Below, piece after piece: positions 63,910 to 64,000 of a stretch of DNA of 64,000 nt; position 1 is the first letter of the stretch; each line of letters opens with the position of its first letter. Position numbers and translations under genes: made by a program. This DNA is from Mobula birostris. Lineage: Eukaryota. Location of the stretch: assembly GCF_030028105.1 (NCBI RefSeq), contig NC_092380.1, positions 70,615,717-70,679,716 of the forward strand, given 5' to 3'. The notes under the pieces are model-generated. The model was not told where the DNA came from. It made no database searches and saw only the letters and a list, made by a program, of their open reading frames with translations.

Positions 63910-64000
63910 CTGTTGAGAAATAGACTAAACTTGGGTTAGTTTCACACAATAATCAATTAACCTATCTGACATAACATACAGTATATCAGCCTCTCAGAAC

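Noticed and set aside
1-64000. CRISPR arrays, rRNA, true tRNA genes, prokaryotic systems
   Set aside because: None seen. The tRNA-like boxes belong to SINE heads, and the window is eukaryotic with spliceosomal introns.

Overview
Repeat-dense vertebrate DNA. It is probably from a cartilaginous fish (ray or shark), inferred from the CR1, Penelope and SINE families present. It has two N gaps near 40.3-40.9 kb. One host gene can be rebuilt by hand on the minus strand: a B7-H6/NCR3LG1-like immunoglobulin-superfamily membrane protein. Its exons are leader 29812-29764, IgV 26614-26276, IgC1 17286-16966, TM 11878-11786 and a probable short last exon 3653-3634. All are flanked by GT-AG with phase-1 junctions, giving 822 nt or 273 aa. 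The ORF track shows only part of the IgC1 exon. Most of the rest is nested transposable elements: four Gypsy/LTR elements, Tc1 elements, hAT MITEs with perfect 8-bp TSDs, many CR1 and Rex1/Babar-type LINEs, a full-length degenerate L1, a Penelope-like element with inverted repeats, and an R4/Dong-like RT. One Gypsy is a young, internally deleted PNMA-Gag element that still has open ORFs and sits inside a Tc1 in intron 4. Shared unique flank at about 2.1 kb and 54.4 kb, plus candidate exons at 63.4-63.9 kb, hint at a tandem paralog upstream. All alignments were done by eye and no database searches were run.
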